From Planctomycetota bacterium (GTDB lineage: Bacteria; Planctomycetota; UBA8108; SXIK01), in the NCBI GenBank assembly GCA_965223845.1, contig CBDCXR010000004.1, positions 4,288,001-4,352,000 on the forward strand: DNA of 64,000 nucleotides, in the 5' to 3' direction. Position numbers and translations under genes: made by a program. The notes below the pieces were generated by a model, which was not told the DNA's origin, did not search any database, and worked only from the letters and a program-made list of their open reading frames with translations. Positions within the stretch are counted from its first letter, which is position 1, and each line of letters begins with the position of its first letter. Positions 8,834-18,741 of this stretch are shown here, piece by piece.

Positions 8834-11272
8834 TCAACCGCGTATGACGGCGTGCCAGAACTTCTGGAGTGTGGCCCACCGTATATCCCTACCCTTGTCC
8901 GTGCGCGCAGCCTCGATGATGTCCGCCCTTCGAAGCGGGGTCAGGTTGGGAGAATCGTGATCCAAGAAACCGCCCAGTGAACGAAGTCCAGCTCTGCCGT
9001 GACAATCCATACATTCCCGCATTCGAGGCTTGAGATTCGTTTCGCGTCGCGCAACGGGATCTGAATGTTCGCCGTCACTTGAGATGAGGGACTTCCAGAC
9101 CGTTTCGTCCCTTCCGAACGCTCTCATCACGGCATTCCCTTTCATCAGCTCCCTCGGTTGCAGGACGAATTCCGTCACAGACTGAGTCGGACTCGGACTC
9201 GCCTCGTCGTAGCTCCTTTCGACGTCGAGATAGGCTCGTAATTGAATCGAAAAGACCAAGGGGCTGAGGACCAACCGTCCTTCGTCGCTGACGAGGAACG
9301 CCCGCTCGATGAGTGCGAACTGAGTCCCCACCGGAAACACCTCGCCTCGTTGGAACCCATCGATGCTTGCGATCGTTTTCTCGCGCCCGCCCGGTGTTCG
9401 TACGGATTGAAAGAACGCTGAACGCCGGTGCTTGGATTCTGCGTGCTGCGTCCGCGGGTGCTCAGATCGCCCGAAGCCTACCCAAGAGCCGCCTTCCTCG
9501 AACAGGTCGGCGGGTAGGAACGGCGCGAACGGATCGCTCGGGTCGGGGGTCTCGGGGAATTCTCCCGAGTCCACGGTGGCGAGTCCCGTCGAAGGAAGCG
9601 CCAGGATCTTCTTTTTCGGCAAGGCCAAACGTCTGATCAGCGACGCGATGCGCGGCGTAGATTCGGCAGGGGCTGGATTGCGCACTCGCGTAGCATCGAG
9701 AACCGCCCAGAGCCGATGCTGGAGGAGCGCTCTTTGAATGTCGCTGTAGTTCTCGATCGTTTCCTGGGGCAGCGATTCGAAGGTCTTCAGCGCCGCGTCG
9801 AACCTCGCGAAGGAAGCTGGATCGAAAGGGAACTTCGAGCGGCCGTAGAGCACCGGTGTGAATTCATCGTGCCCGAGCACTTCTCCGTTGACCGATCGCC
9901 GGAGCACGATGGAATCGAAGAGCTCGTCGTACGCATCCTCTGCGCGGGAAAGCAGGTCTGTCTTCGCAGAGTGCTTTTGCCAGAGTCGGTGGAGCGCCTT
10001 CCATGTGTGGTCGTCTCGTTTCCGCGAGGATGTCGCCCGGATGATCGCGTCGGGATCGCCCTCCTTGAGAAACCGGGGACGTCCGTAGTGAGGGAGAGAC
10101 GTCTTGATGCCCAGCCGGCTAGGCGTCCCAGAGTGACAGCCGCTGCAGAGCTCGAGGCGCGGCCCCCCCGGGGATCCCCTCGCCAGCTCGAATGGATCAT
10201 CGGAGCCGCCCTCGATGCTCTCGTTGTCACCGGCTTCAAAGCGAGGCTCGTGCGGACCCAGCGCTTTCATGGAGGCATCGCCCTCCATGAGTCGGCGTGG
10301 CTGCATGACGAACTCGGCCACGGATTGCCTCGCGCGGGGACGCCCGGTTTCCTTTCGCTCGCGCGGTACTACGCCGACGAAGGCGCGCAAACTGACGCTG
10401 ACGGTGAGCGGACTGAGGACCAGCTCGCCGGCGTCGCTGATCAGGAACGCCTGCTCGATCAGAGCGAGTTGCGTTCCGACGGGCTGCTCCTCCCGACGAT
10501 TGAACCTCGCGATGCTCTCGAGAGCCTCGGTGCGACCGCCAGGAACTCGCAGGAAGGAAAGAAATGCTGAGCGCCACTTGAACTTCGTCGAGTGAACGTC
10601 CGCTGGAATGGGACGAAGAACCGCCCCCAAGCAGATCCATGCGCTGTCCTTTGAGTAGCTCTCCCCGGTGTCGAGATCGGCCGGAAACAACGGCTTTCGC
10701 AGATCCTCAGGGTCCGGATGCTGCGAATAGGCACCGGACTTGATCGTCGCCGTCAAGGTGTTCGGTAGCGCCAAAATCTCCTCCCGCGTTAGCGCGAGTC
10801 TCCGAATGAGCGACGCGATCGTCGGCCGGAGCTCGGCACGCCGATCTCCGTGTCTGCGGTGCCGGATGCCGCTCCGAACCTCGCCGGTGATGGATGTCGT
10901 TTTCCAGCGGTCCGGAAGAGTCGCGTCGAACACTTTCCAGAGATGGCGCTGCAACAACGCGCGCTTCACATCGCTGTACGCGTCGACCTTCTCCTGCGGA
11001 AGCGCTGCGAACGCATGCAGCGCCGCGCTGAACTTCTCGTAGGTCTCGTCACCGAACGGAAACCTCGAGTGGAAGAAGATCACCGGGGAAGTCTCGTTCT
11101 CGGCGTACGACTTGCCGTCTCGCGTGTAGCGCGTCATGAGCACGTCATAGAGCGTGTCGTACGGATCTTCGGCGCCCTCTGCCCCCTGAACGTCACCGCT
11201 CAGCAGTTGCCCCAAAAAAAGGACGAGCAGGACTCCGCGAGCCGGATTGTTCGTTGCGTTCGTTTTCGCCAT
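8834..11272 (-). CDS. Secreted protein made of two homologous ~380-aa repeats, each with one CxxCH (putative di-heme c-type cytochrome)
   Basis: Signal peptide from ATG 11272. Halves align: EDPYDTLYD/EDAYDELFD, KRALLQRHLW/QRALLQHRLW, PVGTQLALIE/PVGTQFALIE, QSVAEFVMQPR/QSVTEFVLQPR. CSGCH at 10133-10147 and CMDCH at 8999-9013. Confidence 0.8.
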   Translation of the reverse strand: MAKTNATNNPARGVLLVLFLGQLLSGDVQGAEGAEDPYDTLYDVLMTRYTRDGKSYAENETSPVIFFHSRFPFGDETYEKFSAALHAFAALPQEKVDAYSDVKRALLQRHLWKVFDATLPDRWKTTSITGEVRSGIRHRRHGDRRAELRPTIASLIRRLALTREEILALPNTLTATIKSGAYSQHPDPEDLRKPLFPADLDTGESYSKDSAWICLGAVLRPIPADVHSTKFKWRSAFLSFLRVPGGRTEALESIARFNRREEQPVGTQLALIEQAFLISDAGELVLSPLTVSVSLRAFVGVVPRERKETGRPRARQSVAEFVMQPRRLMEGDASMKALGPHEPRFEAGDNESIEGGSDDPFELARGSPGGPRLELCSGCHSGTPSRLGIKTSLPHYGRPRFLKEGDPDAIIRATSSRKRDDHTWKALHRLWQKHSAKTDLLSRAEDAYDELFDSIVLRRSVNGEVLGHDEFTPVLYGRSKFPFDPASFARFDAALKTFESLPQETIENYSDIQRALLQHRLWAVLDATRVRNPAPAESTPRIASLIRRLALPKKKILALPSTGLATVDSGEFPETPDPSDPFAPFLPADLFEEGGSWVGFGRSEHPRTQHAESKHRRSAFFQSVRTPGGREKTIASIDGFQRGEVFPVGTQFALIERAFLVSDEGRLVLSPLVFSIQLRAYLDVERSYDEASPSPTQSVTEFVLQPRELMKGNAVMRAFGRDETVWKSLISSDGEHSDPVARRETNLKPRMRECMDCHGRAGLRSLGGFLDHDSPNLTPLRRADIIEAARTDKGRDIRWATLQKFWHAVIRG

Positions 11273-11657
11273 AAGACTCTCCCGAATGCCATCGCGCTGG
11301 AATCTCGGGGTCTTAGTAGGCCGAGCTGAGCCGGGCACTATCGTTTTCTCCCGATTTTGAACGCTCCGTGTGGCCTCCTCGAGGCTGAGGCCGGGGAAGG
11401 CTGTCGATCGCCAGATCGGGGTGTTCGTCGGGGGCGCGCGGGTCGCCGTCCGGGTGCGCTTCGAGAATGCGGGTGAGGTGTCTCGCGCAGATAACTTAAC
11501 TCTTCTCGCGCGTTTCCTCGAAAACGAAGAGCCGCTCGCCGGATGGACCGCCGTGCTGATCGACCCGTGACCGATCTATGACAATGCCGACGTACATTCC
11601 ACGGCGTAGTCGGCGTGACCGTGACGTACCGTACCGTCCATCAGGAGTGATCTCGTC

Positions 11658-12497
11658 ATGCGCTCGATTCTCCAGTTCTCTCGCGATCTCGGCGGCACGC
11701 GCGTCGTCGCCATCATCACCACGACGCTGATCGTTCTGTGCGGAAACGAACTCATCCGCACGGAGGACACAAATGTCAGCGGTGGCGACGAATCTGAGAA
11801 GTACGTTCGTGAGCACCTGAAGGAATTTCTTGCGCCTGCGGACGTCAAGTTCCTCGACGATGGCCGCGTCAGACTGTCTCTCAAGTTTAAGAAGGACAGC
11901 GGACCGAACGAGAAAGTGGCGGCTCTCTTCTTGCCGGCAGTTTCCTCGCCCAAGTCGAGGAGCACGTTTCGGTGGGCGTTACCAGAAGAGGCGCTCCGAG
12001 CGTCTCCGGGGTTGCGCGTTTCCAACAAGGGGGCAGCGCACCTCAAATGCTGGTTTCGCGATGATGTCGAGGCGGAAATCGATTTCTTTCAGCCCGTCAG
12101 TCAGGGGGAGAACCCGGCTCTCGCCGTCGTTTTCACCAACAAGACCGGAGAGTCGATCGGAAGCAACTACGGGAAGCAATGCGCCTTCTTCCGTCGCGGA
12201 AAGCTCCTCGGCGCGCGCGGCGTCAAAGGGAGCTTGGAGCTCATGAAAGGGTGCTGCGCGATCAAGCGCACGAACAAGCTCCGAGTCAAGGATGGTGTCT
12301 TCGAAGTGTCACTCGAGAACAAGAAAAACCACAGCTTCAAGTACTCAGCGAAGAAGTTTCCCTCGGGCCGGGTGGGAATCATCTGGGGTGGCGGGATAGC
12401 CGCCTCCGTCGGTCGGATCGAAATCACCGGTCACCTCGACGTGAAACGCACGATCGAGGAAATGAAGCGAAAGACGGCAAAGAAACGGCGGCGCTGA
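11658..12497 (+). CDS. Hypothetical Lys-rich protein, N-terminal anchor, possible ConA-like beta-sandwich
   Basis: 279-aa ORF with AGGAG shortly upstream and a hydrophobic N-terminal segment. C-terminal SGRVGIIW..GRIEITG resembles lectin-like sandwiches. Confidence 0.65.
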   Translation: MRSILQFSRDLGGTRVVAIITTTLIVLCGNELIRTEDTNVSGGDESEKYVREHLKEFLAPADVKFLDDGRVRLSLKFKKDSGPNEKVAALFLPAVSSPKSRSTFRWALPEEALRASPGLRVSNKGAAHLKCWFRDDVEAEIDFFQPVSQGENPALAVVFTNKTGESIGSNYGKQCAFFRRGKLLGARGVKGSLELMKGCCAIKRTNKLRVKDGVFEVSLENKKNHSFKYSAKKFPSGRVGIIWGGGIAASVGRIEITGHLDVKRTIEEMKRKTAKKRRR

Positions 12498-12646
12498 AGC
12501 CTCACGCGAAGGAAGAAAGCGCTGCGAAGTCATCGGCTCGGATTGTGTCGCCCCTCCCCCCTCGAACGACACACTTCTTTCGCCGTCCTCGCTCGTCTGT
12601 GTAGACGAACTCGAGTTCGGATCCGGTCCGCCCGCTTCTCCGAGTC

Positions 12647-12868
12647 CACGCCGCTCGCCTCGAGAGACGTGGCGATCGTCGCGCAGTGCTTCGAGTCACG
12701 GTCGCGCACGAGGTACTGGCGCCTTCGAGGAACTCGGCTCCCGCCACGCGACGATTCGTGCGAACTCTGCGACCCCGCCCGCGTCGGACGCGGCTTGAGC
12801 GCGGCCGCGCGATCTCGTCGCAACTCGACTCGGAGCGCACAGCACGTCACGCGTCCCCTACTCGTCCG
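12647..12868 (-). pseudogene. Decayed rve-type integrase/transposase core fragment
   Basis: Frameshifted pieces RTSRGRVTCCALRVEL, SDAGGVAEFARI, AEFLEG and RQYLVRDRDSKHC..LEASGV follow the order of the integrase-core consensus WTxRGLVTYYVLFxIEL..PDxAWxxQxARN..FLxGxRYLIHDRDxKF..LxxSGV. Confidence 0.6.
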
Positions 12869-13079
12869 GCGACATGCGACGTCATCGCCTTCGGAAATAC
12901 GAAAAACCGCTAGTCCGCGACCCGGTTCGCTCTACTGAGACTTCGAGGGACTCGCTACGATCTCGAATCGATTCAGAAGCGAGCAGGATGTTAGGAGGGC
13001 TTCATGGCTCGCTCGTTCGTTTCGATGGCCGCGCGGTGAGTGTCAAGACGGCGTTCTCGAAGCTGATGTTCTCCGTCGA

Positions 13080-13982
13080 ATGAGATCCTCCAAGAGAAGA
13101 CGAACGCAAATCGCTCTTGCCGCGGGGCTCGGCGTGCTCGCGTTGGCGGTGGTGACCGGTGTTGTTCGCCGCGGTGAGATTCGTGCCTGGTACGAGTTCC
13201 GCCAGGTCTTTGCAAGCCTCGGGAGGAACGAGCAGGGCTACTCGGAGTACCGGCATCGGCAGACCGGGATCGTGTTCGTGTCACTCCCCGGGGGGGAATT
13301 CCCGATGGGCAGCCCAGAAACCGATGAGTTGGCTTACGACGAGGAGCGCCCTCAACACGAAGTCACCTTGAGTCCGTTTCTGATCGCGAAATTCGAGATC
13401 ACGCAAGAGCAGTGGCGCGCCGTCCTGGGAAACCATCGCCCCGGCCTCCAGCCATCGCGATTCCGCGGCGACACTCTTCCCGTCGAGAGGGTCTGGAGAG
13501 GGCACATCGAGGAATTCTGTAGCAAGTCGGGGCTCTTGCTTCCGACGGAAGCACAATGGGAGTACGCGTGCCGGGGAGGAACGACGACGAGATACTCGTC
13601 TGGGGACGACGAGTCGGATCTCGCCGAAGTCGGTTGGTACCGAGAAAACTCCGGATCGCGCCCGCGCCCAGTGGGTCAAAAACCGGCGAACCGTTTCGGT
13701 CTCCACGATATGCACGGCAACGTCTCCGAGTGGTGCGTCGACGTGTACGATGCGAGGTTCTACTCGAAGCCCGAGTCGCGCGAGCTGGATGCTCAAAGCA
13801 CGAGGGGATCCGACCTACGCGTCTTGCGCGGCGGCGCCTACTACGACGCTGCGCGGGGTTGCCGCTCTGCGTATCGCGGGGAGGTTGACGACCCCGGGAT
13901 CAAGGGCTCCGGACGCGGGTTCCGCCCCATCTGGCCGATTCGCAAACCGCAAGGTCGCGATCAAGGCACGTTGAAGCGGTGA
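13080..13982 (+). CDS. FGE-sulfatase (SUMF1/EgtB/PvdO) domain protein, membrane-anchored, probably non-catalytic
   Basis: PGGEFPMGS, LPTEAQWEYACRGG, NRFGLHDMHGNVSEW and RVLRGG motifs. It lacks the two-Cys CxxxxC active-site motif of true FGE. Confidence 0.88.
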   Translation: MRSSKRRRTQIALAAGLGVLALAVVTGVVRRGEIRAWYEFRQVFASLGRNEQGYSEYRHRQTGIVFVSLPGGEFPMGSPETDELAYDEERPQHEVTLSPFLIAKFEITQEQWRAVLGNHRPGLQPSRFRGDTLPVERVWRGHIEEFCSKSGLLLPTEAQWEYACRGGTTTRYSSGDDESDLAEVGWYRENSGSRPRPVGQKPANRFGLHDMHGNVSEWCVDVYDARFYSKPESRELDAQSTRGSDLRVLRGGAYYDAARGCRSAYRGEVDDPGIKGSGRGFRPIWPIRKPQGRDQGTLKR

Positions 13983-14613
13983 GTAACCATCGCACGGGAA
14001 AAGTCGACGGTCCGAGGGCGCCGACACCTCAGCGCGTGTTCCGTGAGTCTTCGGCGCCATCGCCTCACCCACCCCGGATTTCCGGGACGAGCTCGTCGCA
14101 GAGCCGTTGCGCGGGCCGTTTCCGGTCGAAATCGCGACCCGAACGGATGCGACGACGGCGGCGCTCGGCTGGGGGTTCGCACCATCTCGCCCCCGGACGC
14201 AGCGACCGGAGCCCGCCCGCATCGCTGCGCCTTGCGCGGGTCACCTGCTCGGCTCCCCCGGGTGATTCGTCGCAGATCAGCTAGGAGCCCGTGCGGTCGG
14301 CATCGCGAAGCGAACCGCAGGCGGTCCGCACCGGCAACTCGGCTTGGAGGCGTGTCGCTCCCGACCTCGCGGCGATGAGCCGGAGATTGTCGGTTCTTGT
14401 CGTCACGTTTCCACTCGAGAGTCGCCTTCCGTATCATGCGGCCCGGCTCAGGGTCGCTCCGACGCGCCGAGAACGCTTCGCCTGTACGCGCGGCGGGTTT
14501 TTCGAGCGGATCGAACAGCTCCGGCTCGGGTCGGTGCCTCGCCATACGCGCGCCTCCATACTCTTACCTCGGCGTCCATGATTCTTCGTACGGAAGGGAG
14601 TTCTTCGGTGTCC

Positions 14614-16026
14614 ATGTCTCGCATTCTCGTGATCCAGAGTTTATGGATCGTCGTTCTGTTCAATGCTCAGCTCGTTCGCGGCGAAAACGGCGACTCGGAC
14701 CCGCTCCCGCATCCGAAGAAATTCGATCCCACAAAATACCTCGGCAAGTGGTACGAAGCGGCGCGATTGCCGGCCGAGGGTCAGCCGGCGGATTCGCTTG
14801 CGACCGCCGAATACTCCCGTCCGGAGGACGGCGACTACGTGGCCGTCAAGAACACGGCGTTCCGTCGAGATGGCTCGGTCGTGGGAGCACTCCAGGGCAA
14901 AGCCCGCCTCGTGGAAGGTGGTGCTCCCGGCCGACTGGCAGTCAGCTTTGGCGGCGAAATTCCTGAGGAGCCGAACTACCACGTGCTCTTCGTCGACCGG
15001 AGGTATCGACACGCGGTAGTCGGAGCGGCCGATCGTAGCTCACTCTGGGTGCTCGCGCGGGAGGTGCCCGTTCGCGCGGGGAAACTCAATCGTCTAGTGG
15101 CGATCGCGAAGAAGGCGGGTTTCGAGACCGGAAAGCTGATCATCGCCGATTGGAGTCGCGCCGCGCCGCTCCCGCATCCAAAGAAGTTCGAGCCAGCTCG
15201 CTATCTCGGAAAGTGGTTTGAAGCGGCACGAATGCCGACCCCGGCCCAGAGCAAAGGGTCGCTGGCGACGGCCGAATACTCAGCCACAAAGAAGCCTGGG
15301 GAGGTGCGAGTTCGGAATACCGCGCTCAGCGCGCAAGGTGAGGTCTTGGGAACGATCGACGGCAAGGCCCGACAGATCGGCGACGGGCCGCCGGGACGAT
15401 TCGCGGTCACATTCGGTCCGACTTTCCCAACGAAGCCCAACTACTGCGTGCTTCACGTCGACAAAGAATACCGCCATGCCCTCGTTGGCACCCCGGATCG
15501 CAAATCCCTTTGGATCCTCGCGCGTGAGGTTCCCGTCGGCCGAAGGCCCCTCAAGAGACTCAAGGCCATCGGCGCGCGCTACGGCTTCGACATCGATCGC
15601 TTGATCCTCGGTGACTGGTCGGGAGTGAAGCTCGAGTCGAAGCGAGAGACGACGAAGCTGACCGCCGATGATCTCGTGGGGACGTGGACGTTCGAGAAGG
15701 GCGTTCGCGACGGCAGGAAGGTCGACGACAAACGTCTTCCCGATTGGAGCGTCCAAATCACGAAAGAGACCTTCACGCTCAAGACCTCGGTGACCTTCGT
15801 CATGAGCTACGAGCTCGACGCTCGACAAGACCCCGCCGCGATCGAGTTCAGGATCGACGAGGGGCCGTTCGGGAAGGGGTCGACCGCTCCGGGGATACTC
15901 CGCATCGCGCGAGGACGACTGACTGTCTGCTATCATCCCCGGGGCGGGGATCGACCGACCGAATTCGAGGCCGACGCCGGCAGCGGGCATTTCGCGTTCG
16001 TCCTCGTACGGAAAGACGCGGAATAG
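14614..16026 (+). CDS. Tandem lipocalin (Blc-like) domains plus C-terminal TIGR03067-like domain
   Basis: Two copies of PLPHPKKF.P..YLGKW(Y/F)EAAR ... NY.VL.VD..YRHA.VG..DR.SLW.LARE. C-terminus DLVGTW...LDARQDPAAI...PGI...LTVCY..RPTEF. GGAAGGGAG lies upstream of GTG 14608 / ATG 14614. Confidence 0.85.
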   Translation: MSRILVIQSLWIVVLFNAQLVRGENGDSDPLPHPKKFDPTKYLGKWYEAARLPAEGQPADSLATAEYSRPEDGDYVAVKNTAFRRDGSVVGALQGKARLVEGGAPGRLAVSFGGEIPEEPNYHVLFVDRRYRHAVVGAADRSSLWVLAREVPVRAGKLNRLVAIAKKAGFETGKLIIADWSRAAPLPHPKKFEPARYLGKWFEAARMPTPAQSKGSLATAEYSATKKPGEVRVRNTALSAQGEVLGTIDGKARQIGDGPPGRFAVTFGPTFPTKPNYCVLHVDKEYRHALVGTPDRKSLWILAREVPVGRRPLKRLKAIGARYGFDIDRLILGDWSGVKLESKRETTKLTADDLVGTWTFEKGVRDGRKVDDKRLPDWSVQITKETFTLKTSVTFVMSYELDARQDPAAIEFRIDEGPFGKGSTAPGILRIARGRLTVCYHPRGGDRPTEFEADAGSGHFAFVLVRKDAE

Positions 16027-16119
16027 TCGGCGGCGACGTCGTGGGGTTATCGAGTGTCACGATGTAGCCGACTGCACTCTGCGCGGCTGCCGTCGGGGAG
16101 AGCCGAACGGACCATTCTC

Positions 16120-18741
16120 ATGTCAGGATTAAGAGCTGGGTTTATCGTGTGCGCCTGCCTTGTGGCCGCGCACTCCTCCGTAGTCTCGGCCGGCACCGAG
16201 GAGGAGCAGGGGCGAACCGGCAACATCGTCGAGTACTTCGGCCGGGACCGCGTCGATGTCGCTGAAGAGGGCGAGGTCGTTCACGTGTTTCGTGAAGGCC
16301 TCTTGCTCCCCGGAACTGGAATGCGCGGATCGCGCCAAGGCACGACTCCCGTCGATGCGGTGTTCTCCCGTTTCTTGTTCGATCCACCGCCCAAAGAACG
16401 GATCGCCGCCGGGGAGCCGTTCGATGCGGACGCGTTCGGCAGTCCGATCGTCTGGCAGACCATCAGCGCGGGAGAGAGAAGCACGTTCGAAGATCGCCGT
16501 CTACGCGGCGGGGTCTTGCACTTGAGCTACACGAGCGAGGTGGATCGAACGGTCTTGTTCGAGGCGTCCGGCCACACGCGAGTCTTGATCGACGGTCGAC
16601 CCCGCGAAGGCGACCATTATGACTACGGGTGGACCTTGATCCCGTTGCGGCTTCAAGCGGGGCGCCACGAGTTCGTCTTGCGCGGCGGACGATTCGGCCG
16701 GATGCGGGCGCGCCTGCTCGAGCCGTCGACACCGGTCCGGTTTACCCTGCGGGATCCGACTCTGCCGGACGTCCGGTTCGAGGATCGAGTTGAGCACTTG
16801 GGCGCCGTGCGAGTGATCAACGCCACGACTCAAGATTGGCGCGGCGGCAAGATCCTCTGCGAGGCTCGAGGGAAACTCGCCGAGAGCACACTTCCATCGA
16901 TCGCACGGCTGCACGTTCGAAAGGTGCCGTTTCGCATTCCGTACCCAGAAGACTTGAAGGAATCCGATGGCACAGTCGAGTACGACTTGAGCTTGGTCGA
17001 CGGCTCCGGAAAGACCGTCTCGACCGCGCGCATCGAGCTCGCGGTGCGTTCGAAGTTTCGCCATCACAAACGAACCTTCGTGAGTGACATCGACGGGAGC
17101 GTGCAGTACTTCAGCGTCGCGCCGGCGACGGATCGCGAGCTCGAACAACCCGCTCTTTTCCTCTCGGTCCACGGTGCCTCGGTCGAAGCGACCAACCAGG
17201 CGGCTGCGTACAAGCAGAAGACGTGGGGGCACCTCGTCGCGCCCACCAATCGTCGACCCTTCGGGTTCGCTTGGGAGGACTGGGGCCGACTCGACGCTCT
17301 CGAGGTGCTGGCTGAGGCCGAGAAGATCTACCGAACGGACCGCAGCCGAACGTACCTCACGGGTCACTCTATGGGCGGACACGGGACCTGGTATCTGGGC
17401 GCGACGTACCCCGGTCGCTTCGCCGCGATCGCCCCGTGCGCCGGCTACCCCGACCTGCTCGAATATCGCGGTGGTTTCCTCAAGCGGATCGAAACGCTCT
17501 CCGCCGAGCAGCGGAAGCGATTCGGGGTGACGGACCGACTCATCGCGCGCCTCCGCAGGGCGAACGAGGCCTCGACTCCCTTCGACGAGATCGTCGCGCG
17601 AGCCGGCAACTCGAGTCGAACGCTGAAGTTGATCGACAACTACGCTCAGCTCGGCGTCTACGTTCTCCACGGCGAGAAGGACACGGTCGTTCCGACGGAC
17701 ATCGCCCGCGACATGCGAAAGCGGCTCGGGGAGTTCCACCGCGATTTCGCGTACTACGAGTACCCCGGCGGCTCGCACTGGTACGGGAATCACAGCGTCG
17801 ATTGGGGACCGATCTTCGATTTCTTTGAAGCGAGAACGCTGCAAGCCTCGCGGGAGATCGGCCGCCTCGCGTTTCGCACTGCGTCGCCGGGCGTTTCCGC
17901 TCGGAACCGATTCCTCACCGTCGTCCAGCAGGAGACGCTTTCGGAGATCAGCTCGGTCGATTTCGAACGAGAAAAAGATGGGGCGACCGTTACTACCGAA
18001 AACGTGAGTGTCCTAGCTCTCGACATCGAGGACATGGGGCTCGATTCCGAACAGAGCCTGGAGGTCGACGGCCAGTCGATGGAGTTCTCGACGGAGGACA
18101 CGAAGCTCTACGTCTCGAAAAAGGACGAGAAATGGACGCGCCTCGAAGGGGCTCCACGGCTGCGCGAGAAGGGACCGCATCGAAACGGTGGTTTCAAGGA
18201 CGCGTTTCGCAATCGCGTCGTGTTGATCTACGCGACGAACGGCACGCCGCTCGAGAACGAGTGGTACTACAATCGAGCCCGGTTCGACGCCGAGAAGTTC
18301 TGGTACCGAGGGAACGGCAGTGTGGACCTCATCGCCGACAACGAGTTCGACCCGAGCGAGCATCCGAACCGCAATGTCGTTCTCTACGGGAACGCGACGA
18401 ACAATCGCACGTGGGAGAAGCTGCTCAAGGACTGCCCGCTCCAGGTGAGAGAGGGCGCACTCCATCTCGGCGAGATTCGCTTGGACGGTACTTCATGGGG
18501 TGCGTACTTCGTGTACCCGCGACCCGATTCGGACACCGCGACCATCGGCGTTGTCACGGCCTCCGGCGCAGAGGGAATGAAGGCGGCCTACGCCAACCAC
18601 TACCTAGTGAACGGAACGAACTTCGCGGATGTCATGATCTTCGACGACAGGTTCCTCACGTACGGAGCGCAGGCCCTCAAGTGCGTCGGCTTCTGGGGGA
18701 ACGACTGGAGCGTATCTGCGGGTGACTTCGTGTGGCGATGA
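16120..18741 (+). CDS. Secreted alpha/beta hydrolase (prolyl oligopeptidase S9-like / esterase)
   Basis: LSVHGA, nucleophile motif GHSMGG, HGEKDTVV (Asp) and GGSHW (His); signal peptide. Confidence 0.85.
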   Translation: MSGLRAGFIVCACLVAAHSSVVSAGTEEEQGRTGNIVEYFGRDRVDVAEEGEVVHVFREGLLLPGTGMRGSRQGTTPVDAVFSRFLFDPPPKERIAAGEPFDADAFGSPIVWQTISAGERSTFEDRRLRGGVLHLSYTSEVDRTVLFEASGHTRVLIDGRPREGDHYDYGWTLIPLRLQAGRHEFVLRGGRFGRMRARLLEPSTPVRFTLRDPTLPDVRFEDRVEHLGAVRVINATTQDWRGGKILCEARGKLAESTLPSIARLHVRKVPFRIPYPEDLKESDGTVEYDLSLVDGSGKTVSTARIELAVRSKFRHHKRTFVSDIDGSVQYFSVAPATDRELEQPALFLSVHGASVEATNQAAAYKQKTWGHLVAPTNRRPFGFAWEDWGRLDALEVLAEAEKIYRTDRSRTYLTGHSMGGHGTWYLGATYPGRFAAIAPCAGYPDLLEYRGGFLKRIETLSAEQRKRFGVTDRLIARLRRANEASTPFDEIVARAGNSSRTLKLIDNYAQLGVYVLHGEKDTVVPTDIARDMRKRLGEFHRDFAYYEYPGGSHWYGNHSVDWGPIFDFFEARTLQASREIGRLAFRTASPGVSARNRFLTVVQQETLSEISSVDFEREKDGATVTTENVSVLALDIEDMGLDSEQSLEVDGQSMEFSTEDTKLYVSKKDEKWTRLEGAPRLREKGPHRNGGFKDAFRNRVVLIYATNGTPLENEWYYNRARFDAEKFWYRGNGSVDLIADNEFDPSEHPNRNVVLYGNATNNRTWEKLLKDCPLQVREGALHLGEIRLDGTSWGAYFVYPRPDSDTATIGVVTASGAEGMKAAYANHYLVNGTNFADVMIFDDRFLTYGAQALKCVGFWGNDWSVSAGDFVWR

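Noticed and set aside
13080-13982. FGE-domain gene as the maturase for the window's sulfatases
   Set aside because: After RGG it reads AYYDAARGCRSAYR and lacks the paired catalytic Cys motif of true FGE.
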